64,000 bases of DNA from an uncultured bacterium (GTDB taxonomy: Bacteria > Patescibacteriota > Patescibacteriia > CAIQCM01), in contig OY970181.1 of the NCBI GenBank assembly GCA_963708045.1, positions 67,740-131,739 on the forward strand, read 5' to 3'. Both the position numbers and the translations under genes were made by a program. This document shows, piece by piece, positions 20,071 to 30,743 of the stretch. The stretch's first letter is position 1, and each line of letters opens with the position of its first letter. Under the pieces are notes generated by a model. That model made no database searches. It had not been told where the DNA came from and saw nothing but the letters and a program-made list of their open reading frames with translations.

Positions 20071-20751
20071 TTAAATTTCCATTATGTCAACGTAGTACTC
20101 TATTTCCTTTTTTATGTCTATCACGGAAGGCAGTGGTTCAATTCCCGAAAAACCCAATTTAAAAGTTCTCGCCTTATCCAAAATTTCCGTCGCCCATTTT
20201 TCTGAACGCGCGGCGAGCAGCGTAAGCTCGTTTATTTTTTCGGCGAGGTCGGAAAAATTTGCTTTTTCTTTTAAAAGCAATTCACCAAAATCATTCTTTT
20301 TTTCGCCTTCAATAAGACGATTCATTTCTTCGCGCACCCCGTCGTGAGCGTCAAGTTCGGCCGCGACAATTTCGGCTTGAAAGTCGGGATTAAAAAACTC
20401 GTTAAACTTTTTGGCGCCGCGAACGTCTTCCACGCTATTTCCTTCGGCAATAAATTTTAAATACGCTTCAGCAGCTGGCTTGCTTAATTTGTCTAAAAGT
20501 CGGCGGTGCTCCGACGCCTCGCCATAAATTTTGTAAAACGTTTTATACGCTTCTATATAAGGAAGCGTTTCTTCACCAACAACAATCAATTGGTCTTCTA
20601 TTTGCTCGCGCGTAAGCGCCCCCTTTTCCAAATCGGCGATTTTTAAATTTATTTCCGTAAGCCGTTCGGCGGGAAAAACCAACGGCAAATCTATTAAGAT
20701 ATTTTTTACAATATTGATGGTTGATTGAAATTTATTCATATTGTTATCCAA
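20071..20751 (-). CDS. Hypothetical helical protein
   Basis: 226-aa ORF overlapping the stop of the upstream gene. Confidence 0.75.
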   Translation of the reverse strand: MDNNMNKFQSTINIVKNILIDLPLVFPAERLTEINLKIADLEKGALTREQIEDQLIVVGEETLPYIEAYKTFYKIYGEASEHRRLLDKLSKPAAEAYLKFIAEGNSVEDVRGAKKFNEFFNPDFQAEIVAAELDAHDGVREEMNRLIEGEKKNDFGELLLKEKANFSDLAEKINELTLLAARSEKWATEILDKARTFKLGFSGIEPLPSVIDIKKEIEYYVDIMEI

Positions 20752-21430
20752 TGTTCATATCCATTAACTTGGGTTTGCTCTTTTCTTTATCTTTATCTTT
20801 ATCTGAATTTTTAGAGTCTGTCATTTGTCCCGGCTTGGATGTTTGGGGCGCAAGGTGGCCAAACGACGGCGTAAGCGGCCCCGCGACCGGCTTTGGCGTG
20901 CCGCTATAGGCCGAGAGATCTTCCTCCCCCGCCTTAATTCTGTCTTCCGTTTTTACCGCTTCAATATTTCTCTTTCTGGTTGCCTCGCGGCTAGCAAGCG
21001 CTTTTTGCTGGTGCATGGTCATTTGCCGACTCGCCCGCTCGTTCCCCATCCGATTTTCCGCGCGCTTGAAACGCGCCTTGATCATATTCTGTTTTTCTTG
21101 TTCAATCGCTTCTTTTACCCCACCACCATCGCCACCCGCCGCTTGTTGCACCAGCGTTTTAAGCACGTGCGTATCGCTTGAGTGGTATGTTCCGATATTT
21201 TCAATTTGTGCCTTAAGATAATCGTTGTCTTTTACCTGACCAACGATCTTCTTCGCTTCGGTAAGAGTAACTTTTCCGACCGACTTTGAACTTATGCCGA
21301 CTTTCTTAAGAGCATTAAAAGCTTCGTGGCGTTTTTCGGGACGCAAATCTTTTTTAAACGCGTCAAAAAGCGTTTTTTTGCTGACATAAGCGCCTAATCG
21401 GACTGGCCGTGCGGGATTTGTCGGCTGCAT
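20744..21430 (-). CDS. Hypothetical basic protein
   Basis: 228-aa ORF with charged C-terminal tail ending DMNIG. Confidence 0.7.
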   Translation of the reverse strand: MQPTNPARPVRLGAYVSKKTLFDAFKKDLRPEKRHEAFNALKKVGISSKSVGKVTLTEAKKIVGQVKDNDYLKAQIENIGTYHSSDTHVLKTLVQQAAGGDGGGVKEAIEQEKQNMIKARFKRAENRMGNERASRQMTMHQQKALASREATRKRNIEAVKTEDRIKAGEEDLSAYSGTPKPVAGPLTPSFGHLAPQTSKPGQMTDSKNSDKDKDKEKSKPKLMDMNIG

Positions 21431-21529
21431 AGTTTAGTATTTTAGCATATTTTTAACGAAACTTCCAGCCCTATTTTGATCGTTATAATGCGCCATTTTT
21501 TGATCAAAGCCGCGCTCGGACATGGGCTT

Positions 21530-21558
21530 TTGACAAAAATACCCCGTTTCTATATACT
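21530..21558 (+). promoter_or_regulatory. Sigma70 promoter of rpsA
   Basis: TTGACA-17 nt-TATACT. Confidence 0.75.
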
Positions 21559-21647
21559 TCCAACACTAATTAATCATCCGTTTCCTTTGTTAAGCAAAGA
21601 ATAACGGAACTTGTCCGACCGACGTCGGATCGGTTAAGTTTCCAGCT

Positions 21648-22814
21648 ATGGAAGCTAAAAAACAAACACTAGAGTCACTTTTAGAAGATAATACTTATCT
21701 CAAGGTCCCCAAGGTCGGGGATATCGTCAAAGGCGCCGTTATTTCCGTCGCCCGCAACGAAGTCAAAATTGACATCCCAGGATTCCGAAGCGGCGTTGTC
21801 CGCGGTCCGGAACTTAAGGATGAATCCGGCTCAACCGAAGCCATTAAAGTTGGCGACGCGGTTGAAGCAACAGTCATTGGCACAGAAAACGAAAACGGCG
21901 ATATGGAACTTTCGTTCCGCTTTGCCGGACATTTGCGTGCCTGGGAAACAATTCACGAACTCCAAAAGACCGGCGAGAAAATTACCGTTCGCATTTTGGA
22001 AGCCAACAAAGGCGGTATGCTCGTCTCGGTAAACCACATTCAGGGATTCCTTCCGGTTTCCCAACTTTCGCCCGACCACTATCCGCGCATTTCCGGCGGC
22101 GAAAAGAACAAGATTTTGGAAAAACTCCGCACTTACGTTGGCGAAGACTTTACCGTTCGCATTATTGACGCGAACGAACAGGAACGTAAGCTGATTGTTT
22201 CGGAAAAAGCCATTTGGGAAGAAGACCAAAAAGAAGTTTTGAACCGCTTTAAAGTCGGCGATACGGTTGAGGGCGAAGTTGTCGCTCTGGCCGACTTTGG
22301 CGCCTTTATCCGCTTTGACGGCCTTGAAGGTTTGGTTCACATTTCCGAACTTGCTTGGCAACGCATTGACCACCCACGCGACATTCTCACGATGGGCCAA
22401 AAGGTTAAAGCGCAGATCATCAACATTGAAGCTTCAAAAATCTTCCTTTCGCTTAAACGCTTGGTCGCCGACCCGTGGAAAGATGTCGTTGACCGCTACC
22501 ACATCGGACAGATCGTCCGCGGCAAGATCATTAAAGCAAATCCGTTCGGCTTTTTCGTTGAACTTGATTCGGACATCCACGGCTTAGCCCACATTTCTGA
22601 ACTTTCTTCAAAACCAATTAAGGATCCGACCGAGGTTGCCAAAATCGGCGATGATATGGCTTGGAAAATCGTTTCCATTGAACCGGAACAACACCGCCTT
22701 GGCCTATCCCTTAAAGCGCTTGAAGAAACTGTAAAAGAAGGCAAAGAAAAAACTTCCGAAACCGAAGAAGAAACCAAGGAAGAAAAAAAGGAAGACGACA
22801 AAGAAGACAAATAA
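21648..22814 (+). CDS. rpsA: 30S ribosomal protein S1 (four S1 domains)
   Basis: Repeated S1 motifs (NKGG..GFLPVSQL; FGAFI..GLVHISEL). Confidence 0.93.
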   Translation: MEAKKQTLESLLEDNTYLKVPKVGDIVKGAVISVARNEVKIDIPGFRSGVVRGPELKDESGSTEAIKVGDAVEATVIGTENENGDMELSFRFAGHLRAWETIHELQKTGEKITVRILEANKGGMLVSVNHIQGFLPVSQLSPDHYPRISGGEKNKILEKLRTYVGEDFTVRIIDANEQERKLIVSEKAIWEEDQKEVLNRFKVGDTVEGEVVALADFGAFIRFDGLEGLVHISELAWQRIDHPRDILTMGQKVKAQIINIEASKIFLSLKRLVADPWKDVVDRYHIGQIVRGKIIKANPFGFFVELDSDIHGLAHISELSSKPIKDPTEVAKIGDDMAWKIVSIEPEQHRLGLSLKALEETVKEGKEKTSETEEETKEEKKEDDKEDK

Positions 22815-22931
22815 AAAAATACCGATTATAATATAGTAGCCCCCCACTTTCTTTTGATTAAGCGAACCGCAAAATATGGGGTCGCTTGTTAAAAGAAAGT
22901 GGGGGGCTCTATTTGTTAATACACACATATC

Positions 22932-24765
22932 ATGAAAGCCCAATTAAAAAACATCATAATTTTTATCGCTGCCCTCGTCATTCTCGGTGTAATTTTTTCC
23001 GCCATCAATATGAATGCGGAAAAACCAACCAAGGTTGACTTGGTAAAACTTTCCGAGCAAGTAAAGAGCGAGCAGATTTCAACCGTGGTCATTAAGGGCT
23101 CAAGCATTGAAGCCACGACGACCGACAACAAAAAAGAGGTCGCGACCAAAGAAGACAGCGAATCATTTACCGACCTCATGAAAAATCTGGGCGTCGGCGA
23201 CGATAAACTGCAAAAAATTTCTCTTACCGTTTCCAACCCGAGCGGTTTTGAAAACTGGCTATCGCTTCTCATACCAGTTTTCCTTCCAGTCATTCTTATT
23301 GGCGTGCTCCTCTTTTTTATGATGCGCCAAGCACAGGGACAAAATATGCGCGCGATGTCGTTTGGCCAGTCTGGTGCGCGCGAAGTTGGGAAAGACAATA
23401 AAAACAAAATCACTTTTGCCGACGTTGCCGGCGCCAAAGAAGCTAAAGAAGAACTTTCCGAAGTTGTTGAATTTTTACGCCAGCCAAAAAAATTCGTTGC
23501 TGTTGGCGCCAAAATTCCTAAAGGCGTTCTCTTAATGGGGCCGCCGGGCACGGGAAAAACAATGCTCGCTCGCGCCGTGGCCGGCGAAGCCGATGTCCCC
23601 TTTCTTCATATTTCTGGTTCCGAGTTTGTGGAAATGTTTGTCGGCGTTGGCGCATCGCGCGTCCGCGATCTTTTCGCTCGCGCCAAAAAGAGCGCGCCGT
23701 GCATTGTCTTTATAGATGAAATTGACGCCGTTGGTCGTCAACGTGGCACGGGTCTTGGCGGCTCGCACGACGAACGCGAACAGACGCTTAACCAAATTTT
23801 GGTTGAGATGGACGGCTTTGACCCCTCCTTGGGCGTGATCGTTATTGCCGCTACCAATCGCCCCGACGTTCTTGATCCCGCCCTCCTTCGCCCCGGCCGT
23901 TTTGACCGCCGCGTCGTTCTTGACCTCCCTGATGTAAACGAACGCGAGGCGATTCTTAAGGTTCACTTTAAAGGCAAGCCGATTTCCGAAAATGTTTCTG
24001 CGAGAAAAGTTGCCGAGCGCACGCCCGGATTCTCTGGCGCCGACCTTGCTAACGTGGTGAACGAAGCCGCAATTCTTACGGCGCGTCTTAACACCAAAAC
24101 CGTAACCGAGGATTCGCTACTCACATCCATTGAAAAAGTAATGCTCGGGCCGGAACGCAAGAGCCGCGTCATTACCGAGGAAGAAAAGAAAATTATCGCC
24201 TACCACGAAGCTGGACACGCGCTGGTTTTCCACGAACTCCCCGCCGCTGACCCAGTGCAAAAAATTTCCATTATCGCTCGCGGGCACGCCGGCGGCTACA
24301 CGATTAAAATGCCGACGGACGATCGCCGACTCCGCACGCGCGGCAATTTCCTCGCCGACTTAGCCGGATCACTTGGCGGCTTTGTGACGGAACGAGAAAT
24401 TTTTGGCAACGACAAGCTTACAACCGGCGCTTCGGCCGACCTTAAAAACGCGACGCGCACCGCCCGCCGAATGGTTACCGAATTTGGTATGTCCGACGTC
24501 CTTGGCCCCAGAACTTTTGGCGAGCACGAGGAAATGATTTTCCTCGGTCGCGAAATTTCGGAACAGCGCGACTACTCGGAAAAAATCGCCGAGCAAATTG
24601 ACAACGAAGTAAGCGCGCTTATCCGCGCCGCCGAGAAAAAAGCCGAATCAATCATCAAAACCAAACGCGTTGTTTTAGAAAAAACTGGTGGAAACATTGC
24701 TTAAGAAAGAAACAATAGAACGCGAAGACTTTGAAGCCATCGTCGGCCCCAAAGCCAAGGTATAA
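22932..24765 (+). CDS. ftsH: ATP-dependent zinc metalloprotease FtsH, extra base near 24684
   Basis: Two TMs, GPPGTGKT, second region of homology, HEAGH. Removing one A from the run at 24679-84 restores [24 protein letters not shown] to TAA 24765. Confidence 0.95.
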
Positions 24766-24988
24766 AACAAATTCATACTCACAAACCCCCGCTTTAAGGC
24801 GGGGGTTTTGATTACTATCGTATCATCTAGAGGGTTTTATCGTATCGTTTTGATACGATTTTGGTTGAAGGTTTCGCCTCGACCAAAATGCGGTGGACGT
24901 CCGCTGTTCAACTACTGCCAAGCTAGTTATAACAAAAGCCCCATGTTCTCAACATGAGGCCTTCGATGAAACTTAACTAAAGAGCTGA

Positions 24989-25669
24989 TTACTTGCGACG
25001 ACGAAAGACGAAGCGGACGTCGGCACTCTGACGAGAGTCGGGGCTGCCATCGTCACTGCTCAACCAAAGTCCGTCATCGTCGCACCCAACGCTCCAGACC
25101 TTGAGATAGCTGCCCGTGTCAGTTGGTTCCATGGCTAGTATGAGCCACTCGCCTTTCGGTTGGTTAATGTACTTACGTCGCAGTTCGGGACCATCTTCTG
25201 GAAGACACAGGTCAAGACCCATTTCGCGACCTTTGTCGCATGTTTCTCGAAAAGTCGCCCCACTCGCGAATCCCAGTTCTGCGTTCGTAACCACGACTAA
25301 GGGAACGGTGGTTGTAGCAATATACTTGCTAAAAACAACGGTGTTCAGAAGATTGTTGGCCCAGTCACTGATCCGACGGCCGACTTGTACTAGGACGATG
25401 CGAAAACCGTCGGCGTCCTTCCTTCCGACGCTGTGGGTGATAGTTTTCCACGTCTTCCAAACACGGACTGGTTGTTCACGGACTGGTTGTTCAATGATCA
25501 AGTCAAAAACCCGATCCGCCAGCTTTGGCTCTTTGATAAGTCGTCTCAGATGTCCAATCGTGCCGTTGCGCTTTTCTAGCCCATGGACAACGACGCGGAT
25601 GAGCTCAAAGATGAATCCAATTACCGAGAGGAGTGTTCGCAAATTCCAATTCTTTTCTTTGCTTCTCAT
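24989..25669 (-). CDS. Hypothetical protein, candidate DGR variable protein
   Basis: GLDLC..EDGPELR..Y.NQPKGEWL.LAMEP core and C-terminus GLWLSSDDGSPDSRQSADVRFVFRRRK. Start codon uncertain. Confidence 0.7.
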   Translation of the reverse strand: MRSKEKNWNLRTLLSVIGFIFELIRVVVHGLEKRNGTIGHLRRLIKEPKLADRVFDLIIEQPVREQPVRVWKTWKTITHSVGRKDADGFRIVLVQVGRRISDWANNLLNTVVFSKYIATTTVPLVVVTNAELGFASGATFRETCDKGREMGLDLCLPEDGPELRRKYINQPKGEWLILAMEPTDTGSYLKVWSVGCDDDGLWLSSDDGSPDSRQSADVRFVFRRRK

Positions 25670-25953
25670 GACCCTGCTCTGCCTTTCTCTTGGCACACCC
25701 CTCATCCCGACACCACGCCGAGACATAGGGCTTGCCGACAACTAACAAAAATTGCAAAGGACACATTTTACTTTGTAAAAACAAAATAAAATGCGCACCT
25801 TCCAAAGGATTTTGACTTAATAATACATCATAGGAGCATGATTTTGTCAAAAATGTGTCCTTTAATTTTTTCATAAATTTTATTTAAAAACCCACAAAAA
25901 ACCTATTTATGATATAATGATTTAAACAAAAATTTTACTAACCATAGATCTTT

Positions 25954-26931
25954 ATGAGGACTGTTAAAAAAGAACAGACGACTTATCGGCATATTATTGC
26001 TGACGCTTGGAAAATTACCTGGCGGCGCAAAGAACTTTGGGTTTTTGGTTTTTTTGCTGTGTTTGCTTGGGGTGGCGGCGCGATAAATTATATCGCGAAC
26101 GCGGCGGCGCGATTTTCTTCGGGCGTGCCGTTTGTAAAAACAACCGAGACCATCCGTCTTTTTGCTTCCGAACTCGCATCGCCCGCGAGCGCCACGAGAA
26201 TTGCTGCCGCCATCGCCCTGCTTGTCACCGTTGTTATTTTTGCCATTGCCGTCTTTGCTTCCATAACCTCGGTTGGCGCAATTTTAAACGCCGCCGCCGA
26301 ACACAAAGCTGATCAAAAATCCAACCTGCGCAAAGACACCCTTGCGGGCGCGCGCTCTTTTTCCCGAATTTTTGCGATTATCTTGGCCTGCCGCATTATC
26401 GCCATTGCCCTTCTCCTTATTGTTGGACTAGCATTTTCCGGATATATTTTTGTGTCGCCATTGTTTTGGGTTTTGTTCATTATTCTTTTTATCATCGCTT
26501 GCCTGGTTTCGCTTTTTCTCTGGTTTGTTTCTTCGGTGGCGTCGGCCGGCGTTGCGATTGATAATTTAAGCATCCGACAGGCAGTTGCCGTTTCTTTTAA
26601 CCTGCTAGAACAGCACTGGCTCGTTTGTCTAGAAACAATGGTGATGCTTTTTGCCGCAACCATTGTTGCTGCAATCGCAATTATTGCCACAACTATTGTT
26701 CTTTCCCTACCCTTTACGATCCTTCTCTTTGTTGCCATCTTTGTTAAGTCAACAATCCTGGTAAACATTCTGGCTTATGTCGGGCTCGCGGTCGGTTTTG
26801 CCATAATTGTCGTCGCGGGAAGCGCGCTTTCAGTTTTTACTCAAGCAACTTGGGCGCTTCTTTACGAACGGCTCGGAACGCATGGCGCCGTGGCCAAACT
26901 GGAACGTCTTTTTTCTAAATTTAAAAAATAA
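25954..26931 (+). CDS. Multi-pass membrane protein
   Basis: AWKITW..K.LW.FGFFA N-terminus and about 6-7 TM helices. Confidence 0.85.
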   Translation: MRTVKKEQTTYRHIIADAWKITWRRKELWVFGFFAVFAWGGGAINYIANAAARFSSGVPFVKTTETIRLFASELASPASATRIAAAIALLVTVVIFAIAVFASITSVGAILNAAAEHKADQKSNLRKDTLAGARSFSRIFAIILACRIIAIALLLIVGLAFSGYIFVSPLFWVLFIILFIIACLVSLFLWFVSSVASAGVAIDNLSIRQAVAVSFNLLEQHWLVCLETMVMLFAATIVAAIAIIATTIVLSLPFTILLFVAIFVKSTILVNILAYVGLAVGFAIIVVAGSALSVFTQATWALLYERLGTHGAVAKLERLFSKFKK

Positions 26932-27041
26932 CATAACCCCTCCCTGCCTCCCCTTACCTCCGACGTTTTGACCTCTTAAAATAATTTGGAGGTCGGAGTC
27001 CGATCAACATCGGACTTAAGGGGAGGAAAAGATAATATCCT

Positions 27042-27665
27042 GTGCCTACAGAAATGCGAGAAAAAATTCCCGGCGATCGCGTTCGTTATCTGCCGCCCGA
27101 CGGAACGGAAATAGAAAATAACTGGAAACTAATCCGTTACGAACCTGATTCGGGAAACGCGATTTTGGAACGCAATGCCACGCGCGTTAATGTGCCGCGC
27201 GAAAATTTTTTACTTTTAAATTTTCCCGGCAGTGATGACCTTTATCTTTGCCTTCAGAGCAGTATCGCTCGCGACCCCATGGCAACGAGCGCGATTAATG
27301 CTTGGAAAAACAACGATCTTAAAACCGTTAAACGCAATCTTACTGACATCATCAGCCGAAATGCGCCGGCGTTTTTGGGCATTCAAACCGCTTCCGATCT
27401 TTCGCAAAAACTTGTTGAACGCGAGGAAGCGATTGATAATTCAATGCGTATTCTCAAACTAGATATTGGCAGAGCCGAACAAGAATATAACCGCTTTGAA
27501 GCCAAAACAAACTTTGAGCGCGATAAGAAAGACAACCTCCTAATGCGTCTCCGCAACTTTCAAGATCAATACGCGACCAAACTTTTTGAAAAAAATAATC
27601 TTGTCCCCATTTGGCAAGAACTCTTTCGCGCCCTTTCGGCGATTGAATTTAAACTTAGAAATTAA
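27042..27665 (+). CDS. Hypothetical protein
   Basis: 207-aa ORF with C-terminal coiled coil. Confidence 0.7.
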   Translation: MPTEMREKIPGDRVRYLPPDGTEIENNWKLIRYEPDSGNAILERNATRVNVPRENFLLLNFPGSDDLYLCLQSSIARDPMATSAINAWKNNDLKTVKRNLTDIISRNAPAFLGIQTASDLSQKLVEREEAIDNSMRILKLDIGRAEQEYNRFEAKTNFERDKKDNLLMRLRNFQDQYATKLFEKNNLVPIWQELFRALSAIEFKLRN

Positions 27666-27671
27666 CCTGCA

Positions 27672-27801
27672 AAGAAAAACCAGAAACCGCATTTTTTCAC
27701 CGAAACAAATTGACGATGAACAAATAATCAACCATTTTATTTAGCTTTAAGAATATATTTTCTAATTTTTGAGGTGAAAAAATGCGGTTCTGGTTTTTCT
27801 T
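27672..27801. repeat. Long hairpin element C (71-nt loop), inverted relative to A and B
   Basis: AAGAAAAACCAGAAACCGCATTTTTTCACC / GGTGAAAAAATGCGGTTCTGGTTTTTCTT. Confidence 0.85.
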
Positions 27802-27852
27802 ATTCACACATCGCCTGACGGCGATTTTTTTGTTATACTGGCGGAAAGCAAT

Positions 27853-29574
27853 ATGGCAACAACCAAACCAACAATTGAAGAGATTCTCAAACGAAACGTG
27901 CCGATTTTAACCGATAAGCTGGATTCGGAGATGACGCAAGCGGAAAAAATCAGGGTGGAATTGGATGCGATTCGCTTAAAAGAAAAAGAAACCGAGACCG
28001 AACGAACGGCGGCCAAGCTCGGCCTGCCTTATGTTAATCTTTTTCGTTTCGCAATCGGCCCCGAAACAATTGCCACCATCCCCCAAGAACTGGCGGCCAA
28101 ACATTTCGTGGTTTGCTTTTTAAACACCGGCGCCGAAATCCGACTTGGCACAATTGATCCGTCGGACCCGGGTGTAGAAGAAATTCGTTATCAAATCGCC
28201 GAACGAACGCACTCCAACGTCGTTGTTTATTTTATTTCCGAACACTCGCTCGCCGCCGGTTATCGGCTTTATGAAACTCTTCCCGTCATTCACAAAGTTA
28301 CGCGCGGCGTGAATATTTCCGACGCCGAGATTCAGCGTTTTCACGATGTCCGCTCGTTTGACAAACTTCAAGCGGCGCTTAAAAACGCCAACATGACCGA
28401 CGTTGTCACGATTATCATTGCGGGCGCCCTTAACGCCCGCTCGTCGGACATCCACGTGGAAGCCGAAGAAAAAGAAACCTCTGTTCGTTTTCGCGTTGAC
28501 GGCGTCCTTGTCCGCGTCGCGACTTTGCCAGCAACAGACTGGCAACGAATGATTTCGCGCATCAAACTGCTTGCCAAATTAAAACTCAACGTCATTTCCC
28601 AACCGCAAGACGGACGCTTTAGCATTTTCCTAGAAAAAGAAAAAATTGACGTTCGCGTTTCCACCATTCCGACTGCTTTTGGCGAATCAATCGTTATGCG
28701 TATTCTTCGTTCCGGTTCGGCGCAAATCAAACTTGAATCCTTGGGCTTGCGCGCGCCGTATGACGCCCTTCTTAATCGGCAAATTGAACGCCCAAACGGA
28801 ATGATCATCACAACCGGACCGACCGGCTCTGGAAAAACGACGACGCTTTACGCTGTTTTGCAAAAACTTAATTCGCCGGACACAAAAATTATCACTCTTG
28901 AAGACCCGATTGAATACGAACTTGCCGGCATTAACCAGTCGCAAATTGACCACACCAAAGATTATACGTTTGCTAAAGGTTTGCGCTCCATTCTCCGCCA
29001 AGACCCCGACATTATTATGGTCGGCGAAATCCGCGACCTAGAAACTGCCGAGGTAGCGATTCAAGCCGCGCTCACCGGCCACCTTCTCCTTTCAACCATT
29101 CACACAAACGATGCCGCGGGTGCCATCCCCCGTTTTCTTTCTATGGGCGTTAAATCATTCTTGCTCGCGCCGGCGCTTAACGCGATTATCGGCCAGCGCC
29201 TATGCCGCACCATTCACGACAAATGCAAAACCGAAGCCAAGCTGGACGATGAAACGCTTGCCCGCGTTAAAAAAACACTCGCTGAAATTTCGCCAAAGTC
29301 GGGCGTTAAAGTTGATTTGAATAATTTACATTTTTACCGCGGCGCCGGTTGTGATGAATGCAACAACTTGGGCTACCTCGGACGCATTGGCATTTATGAA
29401 ATCCTCGCGATGAGCCAAGACATTGAAAAAGTCATTCTCTCGGGCGCGGTTTCGGAATATCAAATGCGCGACATCGCCAAAGAAGCCGGGATGATCACGA
29501 TGGCCGAAGACGGCTTGCTTAAAGCCCTAGACGGCTTTACCACCGTGGACGAAGTCTTCCGCGTGGCTGAATAA
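27853..29574 (+). CDS. pilB: GspE/PilB family pilus assembly ATPase
   Basis: SSDIHVE, PQDGRF, GPTGSGKTTTLY, LRQDPDIIMVGEIRD, GCDEC..GY.GRIGIYE. Confidence 0.9.
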   Translation: MATTKPTIEEILKRNVPILTDKLDSEMTQAEKIRVELDAIRLKEKETETERTAAKLGLPYVNLFRFAIGPETIATIPQELAAKHFVVCFLNTGAEIRLGTIDPSDPGVEEIRYQIAERTHSNVVVYFISEHSLAAGYRLYETLPVIHKVTRGVNISDAEIQRFHDVRSFDKLQAALKNANMTDVVTIIIAGALNARSSDIHVEAEEKETSVRFRVDGVLVRVATLPATDWQRMISRIKLLAKLKLNVISQPQDGRFSIFLEKEKIDVRVSTIPTAFGESIVMRILRSGSAQIKLESLGLRAPYDALLNRQIERPNGMIITTGPTGSGKTTTLYAVLQKLNSPDTKIITLEDPIEYELAGINQSQIDHTKDYTFAKGLRSILRQDPDIIMVGEIRDLETAEVAIQAALTGHLLLSTIHTNDAAGAIPRFLSMGVKSFLLAPALNAIIGQRLCRTIHDKCKTEAKLDDETLARVKKTLAEISPKSGVKVDLNNLHFYRGAGCDECNNLGYLGRIGIYEILAMSQDIEKVILSGAVSEYQMRDIAKEAGMITMAEDGLLKALDGFTTVDEVFRVAE

Positions 29575-29585
29575 TAAATTTATCT

Positions 29586-30743
29586 ATGGCCAAAAGAAAA
29601 CCACCGGAAAAAACTGAACAAGTTGAGCGTGGTGCAGAACCAATGGAGATAAGGGAAGAGGACACAGCAGAAGAAACATTTGAAACACCAGCCGAGTTAA
29701 GACGTGATGCTGTAAGAGAAAGGACAGAGACCGCACTGGGCATTGAAAAAGCAAAAGAAATAATTGAAAAGCACAGAAAAAAATCCAAAAAACCGACGTC
29801 GTCAAAAAACGAACGACTGGGAGATTTTGCCGACCAAGTTAATGAAGAAGGCGGAATAACTCTTACCCCCGAGCAGATGCCGGTTGTTCAAAAATTTTTA
29901 GAAAAAATCAAAACCGAAGATCGTTTTTCTCCCCCATCGCTTGCGATCGGCGGAAAAATTGCGACCGAATACGAAAGCCGGGCGCGCAACTTTAGCACCA
30001 GAACCAGAATTTTAGAACTTCCCGATGGACGAAAAGTTTTTGTAATCAATAATTACCCTCTTTCGGGAATACATCGTGAACTTGACGCCTTAGGAAAATG
30101 GACAGCCGGCGCGCCAATGCGCAAAGCCAAGCATCGCGATTGGAAAAAAGCCTTTGCGGAAAAAAGCAAAATTCCAATAATTGAATGCGACGACCCAAAT
30201 ATTGTCCTTGTCCCATATATTCAAAATATAAATGCTGACGATGTATTTACTTTTAACCACGAAATAAAAAATTTTGGCGAAATGCCGCAAGTCGCAGGCT
30301 ATGGCACTGAAGAAAAGTTGGAACTGGCCGACAAAATTGTGGACGAACTGGCTAAAACCCACACTGGCGGAATCGCCTGGGGCGAGGCAATTCTTGCTAA
30401 TATGATTATCGCAAAAGATGGCCAACCGATAATTGTTGACCCCGAAATCCGTTACAATAAAGACGTTCCGCTTACCGAACAAAAAGCACGCGATCTTCTT
30501 GATTTTATTCAATCACTTGTAAGCGCACTAAGGCGCAGTGAAAAAGACGTTGACATTAACGCGATCGTTCAGCGAATTATTGATCATTATCCTGACGCCG
30601 CCGTTAAAAGTGAACTCCCTGGCATTATAAAAGACAAGTCGCGTTGGATTAGAAAACTCTTGCGACCGATCCATGAACTACCTCGTTTAGGACAAAATAG
30701 TAAGGATTATGAAGCAGTCTTAAATGCCTTGCGAGAAAAATAA
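29586..30743 (+). CDS. Hypothetical protein with possible degenerate kinase-like fold
   Basis: 385 aa; GIAWGEAILANMII...IIVDPE resembles kinase catalytic and metal-binding loops. Confidence 0.65.
   Translation: MAKRKPPEKTEQVERGAEPMEIREEDTAEETFETPAELRRDAVRERTETALGIEKAKEIIEKHRKKSKKPTSSKNERLGDFADQVNEEGGITLTPEQMPVVQKFLEKIKTEDRFSPPSLAIGGKIATEYESRARNFSTRTRILELPDGRKVFVINNYPLSGIHRELDALGKWTAGAPMRKAKHRDWKKAFAEKSKIPIIECDDPNIVLVPYIQNINADDVFTFNHEIKNFGEMPQVAGYGTEEKLELADKIVDELAKTHTGGIAWGEAILANMIIAKDGQPIIVDPEIRYNKDVPLTEQKARDLLDFIQSLVSALRRSEKDVDINAIVQRIIDHYPDAAVKSELPGIIKDKSRWIRKLLRPIHELPRLGQNSKDYEAVLNALREK

Noticed and set aside
24675-24765. Truncated FtsH C-terminus
   Set aside because: One extra A in an A-run; the normal C-terminus continues in the other frame. 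Same error type as gyrA.
25463-25492. 15-bp tandem duplication (EQPVR twice)
   Set aside because: Simple in-frame slippage in a linker, with no wider pattern.
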